Counted from the first letter of the stretch, positions 50,975 to 60,964 are shown. The stretch: DNA of 64,000 nt from an uncultured Pelagibacteraceae bacterium (GCA_902612235.1 CACMCJ010000004.1:5314-69313), one strand, 5' to 3'. The notes: generated by a model not told the origin, from the letters alone. Numbers and translations: made by a program.

Positions 50975-51256
50975 TTGTCAAGACCAAAGCTTATTAAAGA
51001 AATAAGAATTAAGCATCAGAAACTCAGCAATAAACAAATAGAAGTCATCATAGATACTTTTTTTGGATCAATTAAAAATGCTTTGAACGAAAAAAAATCT
51101 GTTGAACTTAGAGGATTTGGCTCCTTTTTTTTAAAGGAAATTAAAGAAAAATATAATGCTAGAAACCCTAAAACTGGAGAGCTGATTTTTGTTCCAAAAA
51201 AGAATAAAATAAGATTTAAAGCAAGTAAAAGATTTAATAGTTTCGTAAATAAATGA
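50975..51256 (+). CDS. ihfB: Integration host factor beta subunit (TTG start)
   Basis: VELRGFGSF, ARNPKTGE, FKASK; follows rpsA. Confidence 0.85.
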   Translation: MSRPKLIKEIRIKHQKLSNKQIEVIIDTFFGSIKNALNEKKSVELRGFGSFFLKEIKEKYNARNPKTGELIFVPKKNKIRFKASKRFNSFVNK

Positions 51257-51945
51257 AAAAACTAAAAATATTTATAGCCTGTGACGTTTCAAGTCCCAAA
51301 AAACTTAAGCAAATTATTAAAAAAACTCAGACGAAAAAATTAAAAATAGGATATAAAATTGGATTGGAATTTTTCCTTAGCCCAAAAGGAAGAGCAACCA
51401 TTTTAAAACTTAAAAAAAAGGAAATTTTTTTAGATTTAAAATTAAATGATATACCTAACACATGTATAGCAGCAATTAATTCGTTGAAAGATTTAAAAAA
51501 TGTCTCTTATTTGACTGTTCACATTAACGGTGGTCTTGAAATGTTAAAAGCAGTTAAAAAAGCATCAAAAAAAATAAATAAAAGAATGAAAATTTTGGGA
51601 GTAACGATTTTGACAAGCTTTTCTAACTCATCAATAAAAAAAATTGGTTACAATAAATCAATTAAAGAAATAGTAAAAAAACAAGTTTCACTTGCTAAAT
51701 CTGCAAAACTTGATGGAATAGTTTGCTCTGGTCATGAAGCAAAGTATATTAAAAAGATTTGTCAAACTATGGAAATAATAACCCCCGGTATAAGATTGCC
51801 TGGACATGGTAAAGGTGATCAAAAAAGAGTTATGTCACCAAAGCAAAGTTTAAAAAATGGAGCAACATCTCTTGTTATGGGACGTAGTATAATTAAAGGA
51901 AATATTCAAAAGAATATTCAAAGTCTTATCAAATCATTAAATTAA
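51253..51945 (+). CDS. pyrF: OMP decarboxylase
   Basis: DLKLNDIPNT, GVTILTS, TPGIR, DQKR, MGRS. Confidence 0.95.
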   Translation: MKKLKIFIACDVSSPKKLKQIIKKTQTKKLKIGYKIGLEFFLSPKGRATILKLKKKEIFLDLKLNDIPNTCIAAINSLKDLKNVSYLTVHINGGLEMLKAVKKASKKINKRMKILGVTILTSFSNSSIKKIGYNKSIKEIVKKQVSLAKSAKLDGIVCSGHEAKYIKKICQTMEIITPGIRLPGHGKGDQKRVMSPKQSLKNGATSLVMGRSIIKGNIQKNIQSLIKSLN

Positions 51946-51949
51946 TCAA

Positions 51950-52588
51950 ATGAAGCTAAAAGTTTGCGGTCTTTCAAAAACAGTTGAGGTTGAAGCATGT
52001 GTTGAAAATAAAGTAAATTATTGTGGATTTATTTTAAATTACCCTAAGAGCCATAGATTTATCTCAGCAGACAAAGCAAAAGCTCTTACTAACATCGAAA
52101 AAAAGGAAACAAAATATGTTGGAGTACTGGTAAGTCCAACTGATAAAGAAATTGAGGCTTTTTCAAAATTAAATTTTGATTTCCTCCAATTATATGGTGA
52201 TTACAATAATAAAAGTTTGGCTTATATTAAAAAAAAATTTAATAAAAAAATAATAGCTTCAATCCAAGTAAAAAAAAAGTCTGATATAGAAATTTATAAA
52301 AAAATAGAAAAAGAGGCAGATATAATTTTGTGGGATAGCTCTGGATATGCAGAAAGTTTGGATTGGAATTATCAATGGATTAAAAACGTTTCGACAAACG
52401 TAGAAAAAATGATAGCAGGCAATATAACAACGGAAAAGTTAAATGACTTAAGAAATTTGGCTGATATTGTTGATGTTTCTGGTGCTTTAGAAACAAATAA
52501 AGTAAAAGATATTAATAAAATCAAAAATTTTATTTCTGAGGTAAAACGGATTAATTATGAAAATAAAGAAAAAAATCCCTTTAATTGA
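51950..52588 (+). CDS. trpF: Phosphoribosylanthranilate isomerase
   Basis: KVCGL, GFI...SHR, QLYG, AG, VDVSG..E. Confidence 0.9.
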   Translation: MKLKVCGLSKTVEVEACVENKVNYCGFILNYPKSHRFISADKAKALTNIEKKETKYVGVLVSPTDKEIEAFSKLNFDFLQLYGDYNNKSLAYIKKKFNKKIIASIQVKKKSDIEIYKKIEKEADIILWDSSGYAESLDWNYQWIKNVSTNVEKMIAGNITTEKLNDLRNLADIVDVSGALETNKVKDINKIKNFISEVKRINYENKEKNPFN

Positions 52589-53783
52589 TCAACACGATAA
52601 AAACTATATGTATGGAGGAAAATTTGGGGGAAATTTTATTCCTGAAACTCTTAAAAAACCTATTGATGACCTTACAAAATTATTTGCTAAATTAAGAAAA
52701 GATAAGAAATTTTTGAAAGATAGAGACTATTATTTTAAAAACTATGTTGGTTCTCCAACACCATTTATCAAGCTTGAAAATTTAACAGATTATCTAGGTG
52801 GTGCACAAATATATGCTAAAGTAGTTTCTGAAGCCAACGGAGGTGCACACAAAATTTACAACGCAACAGTTCATTGTCTTATTGCTAAAAGAGCAGGTAA
52901 AAAATTTATTATAGGGGATACAGGTGCTGGATATGCAGGTAAAATGCTTTCGATGGCTGCAAAAAAGTTTGGTCTTAAATGCAAAATTTTTATGGGCTCC
53001 AAAGATATTAAAAGACAAAGGCCGAATGTTGAGGCAATAAAACAAAATGGAGCAGAAATTGTACCGGTCTCTACAGGAAGTCAAACTTTAGTAGATGCAG
53101 TGAGTGAATGTATGCGCTACTGGGTTTCAAACTGCGATACGACACATATGTGTGTTGGGTCAACTGTTGGTCCTAATATTTTTATTAAGATCTGTGCTTG
53201 GAGCACAGCTCAGATTTCTAGAGAATTAGTTTTGCAAATTAAAGAGGAGTTTGGAAAAATTCCAAGAAAATTAAAATTATTTAATTGTGTAGGTGGTGGT
53301 AGTTCTGCAATGGGATTTTGGAATGAATTTATGGATACTGATGCAGAATTTTATGGAATAGAAGCAGGCGGACCAAAAAAAAGTAAACTGCATGCAGCTC
53401 CTTTAACAAATGGATCTAAAATTGGAATTTTACATGGAGCAGCTCAGTATGTTGTTCAAGATAAAGAAGGTCAGATAGGGACTACTGAATCTATTTCTGC
53501 AGGTTTAGACTACCCTGGTATTTCACCATTACATTGTTTCTTAAAAGATACAAAAAGAGCAAAGTATTCTTCTGCTAGTGATGAAGAAGCTTTAGAAGCT
53601 TATCAATTAGTGTCGAGATTGGAAAATATATCTCCCTCTCTAGAACCTTCTCACGCCTTTGCTAAAGCAATTAAAATCGCTCCTAAGTTAAAACCCACAA
53701 ATATTATTATTGTAAATAGCTGTGGAGATTCAATTAAAGACAAAGACATTATTAAAAGTAAACTAGGGTCCTATATTAGATGA
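52557..53783 (+). CDS. trpB: Tryptophan synthase beta chain (divergent)
   Basis: FGG.FIPETL, GAHK (PLP Lys), VGGGS, SISAGLDYPG; trpF-trpB-trpA order. Confidence 0.9.
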   Translation: MKIKKKIPLIDQHDKNYMYGGKFGGNFIPETLKKPIDDLTKLFAKLRKDKKFLKDRDYYFKNYVGSPTPFIKLENLTDYLGGAQIYAKVVSEANGGAHKIYNATVHCLIAKRAGKKFIIGDTGAGYAGKMLSMAAKKFGLKCKIFMGSKDIKRQRPNVEAIKQNGAEIVPVSTGSQTLVDAVSECMRYWVSNCDTTHMCVGSTVGPNIFIKICAWSTAQISRELVLQIKEEFGKIPRKLKLFNCVGGGSSAMGFWNEFMDTDAEFYGIEAGGPKKSKLHAAPLTNGSKIGILHGAAQYVVQDKEGQIGTTESISAGLDYPGISPLHCFLKDTKRAKYSSASDEEALEAYQLVSRLENISPSLEPSHAFAKAIKIAPKLKPTNIIIVNSCGDSIKDKDIIKSKLGSYIR

Positions 53784-54580
53784 CATCAAAAATTAGGAAA
53801 GCTTTTGAAAATTGCAGAAAAGAAAAGAGAACAGCTTTAATCACCTACACTGTAGCAGGAGACAATACTAAGAATAATTCACTTAAAATTTTAAAATCTA
53901 TCTCTAAATATGCTGATATCTTAGAGCTTGGTTTTCCTCATAACACGCCTATAGCAGATGGAGGTCAAATACAAGAAAGTTCACATCGTGCTCTTAAAAA
54001 TGGTTTAAAGCTTAAAGATGTTTTTCAAATTGTAAAAAAATTTAAGAAATACAAACCAAACAAACCATTAATATTAATGGGATACTTTAATTTAATATAT
54101 CAAAATGGTGAGGATAACTTTCTCAAAAATTGCAAAAACTCAGGTGTAGATGGTTTGATAATTGTAGACTTACCTTGGCCTGAAAATAAAAATTTCGCAA
54201 AAAAATGTAAAAAAAAGTCAATTAATTTTATTCAATTACTTTCACCTACAACTTCTTTAAAAAGAATGAAAAAAATAATAAAAGATTCCCATGACATGAT
54301 CTATTATATATCAATGCTTTCTACAACTGGTGGAAAATTAAAAGTTGCTCCGAAAAAAATTCTCCAAAATTATAAAAAGATTAAAAAAATAAATCCTAAA
54401 AAAAATTTAGTAATCGGTTTTGGAATAACAAATAAGACAATTTACTCATTAAAATCAGCTAATGGGTTGGTAGTTGGTAGTTTATTGTGTAAAACCATAA
54501 CTAATTCGCTCAAAATGAGACAAAATCCTGTCACAAATTTAGTTAAAGTTGTATACAGTTTGAGAAACAAAATTTTATGA
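53780..54580 (+). CDS. trpA: Tryptophan synthase alpha chain
   Basis: LELGFP...PIADG..IQ, LMGYFN, DGLIIVDLP, GFGI, VVGS. Confidence 0.94.
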   Translation: MTSKIRKAFENCRKEKRTALITYTVAGDNTKNNSLKILKSISKYADILELGFPHNTPIADGGQIQESSHRALKNGLKLKDVFQIVKKFKKYKPNKPLILMGYFNLIYQNGEDNFLKNCKNSGVDGLIIVDLPWPENKNFAKKCKKKSINFIQLLSPTTSLKRMKKIIKDSHDMIYYISMLSTTGGKLKVAPKKILQNYKKIKKINPKKNLVIGFGITNKTIYSLKSANGLVVGSLLCKTITNSLKMRQNPVTNLVKVVYSLRNKIL

Positions 54581-55494
54581 ACTGGATTACAAAATTTATA
54601 AAACCAAAAATTAAATCTTTATTTGAAAAGAAGTCATCTAAGGTAGAAGAAAATCTTTGGACCACTTGTGGCTGTAAAAATTTAATTTATAAAGAGGATC
54701 TTTTATCAAATTTAAAATGTTGTCCAAAATGCGGTGCACATCATAAGCTCTCCTGTAAAGAAAGATTTGAAACTTTTTTTGATAATAAAGATTTTGAAAT
54801 CATCAAAACCCCCATTCCAGTTGATGATCCACTTAAATTTGAAGATAATAAGAAGTATTCTGACAGATTGAAATCAGCAAGAAAGATTACGCAGCAAGAA
54901 GATGCTGTTTCTATAGCGGTCGGTAAAGTTAATACAATAAAAGTCGTAGTTGGAGCTCAAGATTTTAGATTTATAGGTGGTTCTTTTGGAGCTGCTTCTG
55001 GAGAGGCATTCATTGCGGGTGTCCAATATTCAATAGAGAATAATCTTCCTCTCGTCTTTTTTAGTTGTAGTGGAGGGCAAAGGATGATGGAGTCATCTAT
55101 TGCGTTAATGCAAATGTCAAGGACTGCTTTAGCAGTTAATGAATTAAAAAAAAAAAATATTCCTTACATAGTTGTCCTTACAGACCCTACAACTGGAGGT
55201 GTTACTGCTTCATGGGCGATGCTAGGAGATGTTTTAATTGCTGAGCCAAAAGCAACAATTGGGTTTGCTGGAAGAAGAGTAATACAAGACACTGTGAGAG
55301 AAACTTTGCCTGAGGAATTTCAGACTGCTGAGTACGTAAAAGATCATGGTGGAATAGATCTTGTGGTTGAAAGAAAATATTTGAATTCAACAATAGGAAC
55401 ATTATTAAATGTATTGTTGAAAAAAGCTGAGGCTCAAGTTAAAAGTGAGTCATCAAATGTCACAATCGATCAGTCTTTACAAACTGCTAGCTAA
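54577..55494 (+). CDS. accD: Acetyl-CoA carboxylase carboxyltransferase beta subunit
   Basis: Zn finger, FIGGS, SGG.RM.E, PTTGGV.AS, GFAG.RVI. Confidence 0.96.
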   Translation: MNWITKFIKPKIKSLFEKKSSKVEENLWTTCGCKNLIYKEDLLSNLKCCPKCGAHHKLSCKERFETFFDNKDFEIIKTPIPVDDPLKFEDNKKYSDRLKSARKITQQEDAVSIAVGKVNTIKVVVGAQDFRFIGGSFGAASGEAFIAGVQYSIENNLPLVFFSCSGGQRMMESSIALMQMSRTALAVNELKKKNIPYIVVLTDPTTGGVTASWAMLGDVLIAEPKATIGFAGRRVIQDTVRETLPEEFQTAEYVKDHGGIDLVVERKYLNSTIGTLLNVLLKKAEAQVKSESSNVTIDQSLQTAS

Positions 55495-56719
55495 AAAGAA
55501 GTTATTTAGTAAATCAATAAATTTTGATCTTAAAAGAATTAAGCTAGTTCTCAAAAAATTAGGCCATCCAGAAAATAATTTGAAAAATGTTATTAATATA
55601 ATAGGAAGTGACGGTAAATTTTCACTCTTAATGTCACTAAAATTTTTTATAGAAGGAAATAGTCAAAAAACTTCTGCTTATATTTCTCCAAGTTTAAAAG
55701 ATATAAGAGAACGCTTTTGGATGGGTGATAGATATTTAACTTTTACTGAAATAAGAAAAACTATTAAAGAAATTGAAAAGAAAAAAGTAAAGTTAACAGT
55801 TTTCGAAACTCTTACAGTTATATTTATTTTAAATGCCGCAAACAAAGATAATAATTATAATCTTATCGAAGCAGGAGCTCTTTTTGCTAAAGACTCAACA
55901 AATGTGTTTAACTTTCCGAAAATACAGGCTGTAGTAAATATAAATAAGCAACATTTAAATTTTTTAAAAAGAAAAACAATTTCAGAAATAATTTTACAAA
56001 AGGTTGGCTTTTTAAGTAATTTTACAAATATCTATATTGGCAAGCAAAAACCTTTTGTCTTAAAGAAGATCAAGCATCTATTAAGTAAAAATAATAGCAA
56101 AATTTATTATCCTAATTTGTGGAAATTAGTAAAATCAAATAATAAATATTTTTATCAAGATCAAAAAAATAAAATAGAGATAAAAACAAGATATATACAC
56201 TCAAGAGGACTCATTGAAAATTTATGTATGGCTATTAAGATAGCTCTGGATATCAAAATAAGTAAAAAAGTTATTATCAAAACTATTCCTAAAATTAAAT
56301 TACCAGCAAGGATAGAATATTTAGAAAAAGGTAAATTAATTAAAAAGATATACTCTGGTGAAAAAATTTTACTGGATGGCTGTCACTCAGAAATAAGTGC
56401 AAAAAATTTAGCCAATTACCTCAAAACAATTAAAATGCCAATTTACGGAATCTGGGGTATGACAAAGAATAAAAATCCTGAAGTTTTTATAAAAAAATTT
56501 AAAGGAATATTTAAAAAAATAGTTACAATTCCAATTGAAAATGAATCAGCATCAGTTTCTAATAGTCTTCTAATGAGAGTTGCAAAAAAAAATAATTTCG
56601 TGGTAGAAAAATCAAAAAGTTTCGATTTAGCTTTAAAAAAAATTTCGTCGAAAGAGAAAAAGGTTATTTGTATATTCGGATCTCTTTATCTATGTGGAAG
56701 TGTCCTTAATAAAAATTAA
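55457..56719 (+). CDS. folC: FolC-like folylpolyglutamate/dihydrofolate synthase (degenerate motifs)
   Basis: Follows accD; YISP, RERF, FE..T, PARIE, FGSLYL.G; start uncertain (55445 or 55457). Confidence 0.8.
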   Translation: MSQSISLYKLLAKKKLFSKSINFDLKRIKLVLKKLGHPENNLKNVINIIGSDGKFSLLMSLKFFIEGNSQKTSAYISPSLKDIRERFWMGDRYLTFTEIRKTIKEIEKKKVKLTVFETLTVIFILNAANKDNNYNLIEAGALFAKDSTNVFNFPKIQAVVNINKQHLNFLKRKTISEIILQKVGFLSNFTNIYIGKQKPFVLKKIKHLLSKNNSKIYYPNLWKLVKSNNKYFYQDQKNKIEIKTRYIHSRGLIENLCMAIKIALDIKISKKVIIKTIPKIKLPARIEYLEKGKLIKKIYSGEKILLDGCHSEISAKNLANYLKTIKMPIYGIWGMTKNKNPEVFIKKFKGIFKKIVTIPIENESASVSNSLLMRVAKKNNFVVEKSKSFDLALKKISSKEKKVICIFGSLYLCGSVLNKN

Positions 56720-57036
56720 ATATTTTCTTTAATCCAAGATATAATATCAGATTTTGTAGTAGCGCCAACTTTAGTCGCTTTTAGTTCTCCGCCTTTGAAT
56801 AAAAGCATAGTTGGTATTCCTTTAATTCCATATTTTGTTGGTGTGTTAGGTTCCTGATCAATATTGTGTTTTGCAATAATTACTTGGTCGTTCATCTCAT
56901 CAGAAATTTCCTCTAGCACTGGACTTATTTGCTTGCAGGGTCCGCACCATTCAGCCCAGAAATCAACTACCGTTGGCTTTGTAGACTTTATTACCTCTGT
57001 TTCAAAATTCTCATCTGTTATCGATTTTGTTGCCAT
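56716..57036 (-). CDS. trxA: Thioredoxin
   Basis: DFWAEWCGPCK, IPT. Confidence 0.97.
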   Translation of the reverse strand: MATKSITDENFETEVIKSTKPTVVDFWAEWCGPCKQISPVLEEISDEMNDQVIIAKHNIDQEPNTPTKYGIKGIPTMLLFKGGELKATKVGATTKSDIISWIKENI

Positions 57037-57070
57037 ACATCTTAATTAGTTATTTTTTATTTAAAGTCAA

Positions 57071-58492
57071 CTACGCAGATGAGTAAATTTTTTCTAAATC
57101 TTCAACGTATGCGTTAATATCATCTAAAATTTTTAATTTTTCAGGTTGGTTTTCTTTTTCAAATTTTACTCTTAAAGTGTCTATCTCTGAATAAGTTCTT
57201 GGGATTGTATTCCATTTTTCATTGTTTGTGCTTAAAATTTTTTTTGATATGTCTTTATGGATTAAATTATAATCACTTTTACTAAGAACTTCAGGTTTTT
57301 CCATGTAAAGTAGTTTTTTTCCAAAGTATTTAAGCCTTTCATCTTTAAATTTCGTTATAACATGAAGCTTTTTATTCCATTCTGCAATGTGGAATTCTGG
57401 CATTACCTTATTATCTTCTGCAGATGTAAATTTAGCATAAATGCTCTCCTCATTGTAAAGGTCTTCCTGTGATTTAACCTGCTCTTTTTCATCGGTTTCT
57501 ATTCGCTTTATAGAAGCCACATTGTCAGCAAATTTTTTATTATTTTTGATCATTTTGGCTCTTTCTTCTAATTTTTTTACACCAATCAGTTTATATTCAT
57601 CAAATTTATTTCCATAGGAAGGACTCATAATTACTGGATGTTTATTATGCCTTATAGTTCTAATAAACTTAGGCTGTTTTTTCATAGCTAATGTAAGTTC
57701 TGCAACAGGCATTTCCAAATATGGTGAAGGATCATGTCTTAAATCAAAACACAATGGCCACTGATATTGTGGGTGTTGACATATAAAAGTTTGAACATAT
57801 GGTCTACTTCTTCCATAAAAATATTCATTTGTACAAAATAACAATTCTTTTTTTATTAAATCCAAAGAATGATTTTTATCCAAAGTTAACATGCTTGCTT
57901 TCCAAACATTTGGTGCTTTTTTAGATATCAATTTTGCTATTCCAATTGTAGCAATAACATCTCCTATAGCACTATGCGCGTCACCATGTTCAATCCCGTT
58001 TAAAGGAGCCATTTGATCAAGCTTGTAAACATCATTTCCTTTCTCATTAATAGAATTTTTAAGAGTATTGGGATAATATAAATTTGCTGCTCTTGCTAAA
58101 CTTAAAATATCTCCCCTAGTGTTTCCGTTCGTACTAGTAAGGTATGGGTATTCTAATGTTTGAAACAGAGTACATCTTAAGAACTCTTCATCAAACTCTA
58201 TGCTATTAAAACCAATGAAAGTAGCTTTACCCCATCTTTTTAAGGTTTCAACAAATTGTCTAATCATTTCGTAATGAGAAAGATTAGACTTCTTGAGCAT
58301 AGAAGGTGAAGTCTTATTTACAATTAATGCCATCGCCTCAGGAATTATTCCGGGGCTTAATCTACAGCGAGCATCAAAACGATCTAATTCATCCAAATTA
58401 TCGTTTGTTAAAACAGCTCCGATTTGAATTATCTGACCCCAATATTTGTTAGAAGAGCTGGTCTCAAAATCGTAAAAGACAAAGTTAGACAT
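57071..58492 (-). CDS. sbcB: Exodeoxyribonuclease I
   Basis: FYDFETS, GFNS..FDEE..R, HGDAHSAIGDV (DEDDh), EESIY; 473 aa. Confidence 0.85.
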   Translation of the reverse strand: MSNFVFYDFETSSSNKYWGQIIQIGAVLTNDNLDELDRFDARCRLSPGIIPEAMALIVNKTSPSMLKKSNLSHYEMIRQFVETLKRWGKATFIGFNSIEFDEEFLRCTLFQTLEYPYLTSTNGNTRGDILSLARAANLYYPNTLKNSINEKGNDVYKLDQMAPLNGIEHGDAHSAIGDVIATIGIAKLISKKAPNVWKASMLTLDKNHSLDLIKKELLFCTNEYFYGRSRPYVQTFICQHPQYQWPLCFDLRHDPSPYLEMPVAELTLAMKKQPKFIRTIRHNKHPVIMSPSYGNKFDEYKLIGVKKLEERAKMIKNNKKFADNVASIKRIETDEKEQVKSQEDLYNEESIYAKFTSAEDNKVMPEFHIAEWNKKLHVITKFKDERLKYFGKKLLYMEKPEVLSKSDYNLIHKDISKKILSTNNEKWNTIPRTYSEIDTLRVKFEKENQPEKLKILDDINAYVEDLEKIYSSA

Positions 58493-58500
58493 AATTTGTG

Positions 58501-59529
58501 TTACTTAAGAACTTTTATCTTTTCTGGATTTTCTTTCAAGGAATCTGTTACTTGCTCTGGATCTTTAATATTTCCCAACGTATTCATTATCGATCTAGCA
58601 TCTCTACCAAAACCATCAGTTGCAGCCATGGCTTGCTCTAATTTCTTTCTTAGATCTTTAATTCCATCAAAATGCTTTTCAAACCTGGAGCTTATGTTTC
58701 TTAAGTCACTATAGATTTGTGTTGCGTGTTGTTGAACTTTTAATGTTTGAAATCCTAAATGATACGATTGCAACAAAGCAGATAAAGTATTAGGGCCAGA
58801 TATTGTTACTTTGTATTTTGTCCTAAGCTCTTGCAATAATAGTTCTTTTGTCTTCGGGTCTCTATAGCTTGAAAGTTCCGAAAACAATCCCTCTGTGGGA
58901 ACGTAGACAATCGCAAAGTCTGTGCTTTTAGGTGGAGCAATATATTTTGCATTAACTGTTTTAGCTTTTAATCTAAATGCAGCAGCTAAATCTTTTCTCG
59001 CCTCGGCTTGAGCCTCTTTATCATTGGCATTATAAGCATCGTCAATTGCTTTATATTTTTCAACAGGCCAATGACTATCAATAGGCAATAAAACATCCTG
59101 AAGCTTTATAGCAAATTCAACTGTCTCAGATGTATCATCTTTCATTTTTGCATTAGCGATAAATTGTGATGCTGGTAATAAATCTTTAAGAAGAGCACCT
59201 AATCCAAATTCTGCTAATGTACCATATGTTTTAACGCCACTCAAAATTCTGCTAAAATTGTCTTGGCTTTTATTTAATTCACTGACTTGTTGATTAAATA
59301 CAGAAACTTTTTCATCAACTTTAGTTAGAGCACCAGTCATATCTTTTGCTATCTCTTTGCTCATAGAACCAAAAGATTGGCTGAAAGAATTTTTTAATGA
59401 ATTCACCTCGTCTTTAAATGCTTGCTCGCTATTTATCTGATCGGGTTGTTTTCGTTTTAATAGTAAAATTAAACCGATTAAATTGGCTGCTAAAAGTAAC
59501 AGAATGATTAAATTAAATATCGAATCCAT
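58501..59529 (-). CDS. rmuC: RmuC-family protein
   Basis: N-terminal TM plus coiled coil, LPIDSHWP, KYIAPP.STDFA, PTEGLF, GP.TL.ALL. Confidence 0.85.
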   Translation of the reverse strand: MDSIFNLIILLLLAANLIGLILLLKRKQPDQINSEQAFKDEVNSLKNSFSQSFGSMSKEIAKDMTGALTKVDEKVSVFNQQVSELNKSQDNFSRILSGVKTYGTLAEFGLGALLKDLLPASQFIANAKMKDDTSETVEFAIKLQDVLLPIDSHWPVEKYKAIDDAYNANDKEAQAEARKDLAAAFRLKAKTVNAKYIAPPKSTDFAIVYVPTEGLFSELSSYRDPKTKELLLQELRTKYKVTISGPNTLSALLQSYHLGFQTLKVQQHATQIYSDLRNISSRFEKHFDGIKDLRKKLEQAMAATDGFGRDARSIMNTLGNIKDPEQVTDSLKENPEKIKVLK

Positions 59530-59546
59530 AATACATTATATATTAT

Positions 59547-60635
59547 TTAATTAATTAATGCTTTTTTATTCGCTAAAGAACCACATGACGCGTTAATGTC
59601 TCTGCCCCTGCTTCTTCTGAACAAAGAGAGAAACCCTGCTTCTTGTATAATTTTTGAAAATTTATCTATACTCTCCTGGCTTGCTGCCTTGAAATCTTTA
59701 TTAGAAAGTGGATTAAACTCAATCAAATTTAATTTTGAAGGAACTTTTTTCATAATCTTTATTAGTTCTTTTGCATGATTATCCGTTAAATTTTCTTCTA
59801 AACATATCCATTCAATAAAAATTGGTAATTTTGTTTTATCATAATATTTTTTTAATTGCGGTATTAATGAGTTAATTGAATATTTATCATTTATTGGCAT
59901 CAACTTAGATCTGTGTTTTGGTATCGAACTATGTAAACTCCATGCTAGATAAACATCTAATTCATTTGCAGCCCACTCTATAGCATCTAAATTATCTTTT
60001 TTAATTCCAACTCCAACTGTACTAACTGTAATCCTTGTTCTTCCATACTCTAAACCGTCTTTATTTTTTGAATTTTCAATAGCAACTTTTACATTATCTA
60101 AATTTAAAAAGGGTGAACCTTCGCCCATTAATACTTGATTAGTAATTTTTTTCTGTGCTGACCAATCATCAATATAATCTTTACTTAAAATTATTTGCGA
60201 AATTATTTCTCCCGGTGATAAATTTCTCACTAATTTTTTTGAAATTTGAGCAGTAGCGCAAAATTCACAAGAGAGATAACAACCTACTGATACAGATAAA
60301 CAAATTGTATATCTGCTTTGAGATTTATCTGGAATGAGAACTGTCTCAACATTTCGCTTATCTTTAAGCTCTAAAAGAAATTTTATTGTTCCGTCTTTAG
60401 ATTTTTGAACATCTATAATTTTTGGTTTTTCCAAACTAATTAAATCTTTGATCTTATTTCTGAGTTCAATTCCAAATGTAGTAAGTTCATCAAAACTTTT
60501 AATGTTTTTTTTATAAACTGCGTTAAAAAGTTGCTGAGATCTCATTTTAGCTTTTTTAATATCAACTTCAGCATGCTCGATTAAAAAAGCTCTAAGTTGA
60601 TCAAAATTCAGATCATAAAAGTTTTGTTTTTCCAT
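59547..60635 (-). CDS. rlmN: RlmN-family radical SAM RNA methyltransferase (atypical motif)
   Basis: SKDGT.K, VETVLIP, ICLS, C.LSCEFCAT, RNL..GEI, SLH, RG.DI.ASCG. Confidence 0.85.
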   Translation of the reverse strand: MEKQNFYDLNFDQLRAFLIEHAEVDIKKAKMRSQQLFNAVYKKNIKSFDELTTFGIELRNKIKDLISLEKPKIIDVQKSKDGTIKFLLELKDKRNVETVLIPDKSQSRYTICLSVSVGCYLSCEFCATAQISKKLVRNLSPGEIISQIILSKDYIDDWSAQKKITNQVLMGEGSPFLNLDNVKVAIENSKNKDGLEYGRTRITVSTVGVGIKKDNLDAIEWAANELDVYLAWSLHSSIPKHRSKLMPINDKYSINSLIPQLKKYYDKTKLPIFIEWICLEENLTDNHAKELIKIMKKVPSKLNLIEFNPLSNKDFKAASQESIDKFSKIIQEAGFLSLFRRSRGRDINASCGSLANKKALIN

Positions 60636-60655
60636 TTATGGGGTTATTACATTGT

Positions 60656-60675
60656 GAGGGGTTTTTAAACCCCTC
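60656..60675 (-). terminator. Hairpin downstream of the 64-aa gene
   Basis: GAGGGGTTT-AA-AAACCCCTC; no U-tract on the minus strand, so it may stabilise the RNA rather than terminate it. Confidence 0.55.
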
Positions 60676-60683
60676 TATAAAGA

Positions 60684-60878
60684 TTAAAGTTTGTTTTTTT
60701 CTGTTTTTAAATGCTTAAGCACTTTACCAGCATTCTTACCCTCTTTTATTAAGTAACCACTTGTACCATTTGCATTGGCTTCAGGTGCTTCAACAGATTT
60801 ATTTAATTTACTTTGTAAGTTTGCCTCTGACTTTCTTCGGCTGAACTCACCAAGTAAACGTGAGAATCTATTCATCAC
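60684..60878 (-). CDS. Small hypothetical protein (start GTG 60878 or ATG 60875)
   Basis: Strong RBS AAAGGAG, own promoter and 3' hairpin; NANGTSGYLIKEG segment. Confidence 0.8.
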   Translation of the reverse strand: MMNRFSRLLGEFSRRKSEANLQSKLNKSVEAPEANANGTSGYLIKEGKNAGKVLKHLKTEKNKL

Positions 60879-60964
60879 ATCTCCTTTCTTTCAACCGACT
60901 TTGCAACCCTTATAGAGTCCAGCATGTCGAATGCTGTGTCTTTTTTTCCATGACATATGGACAA

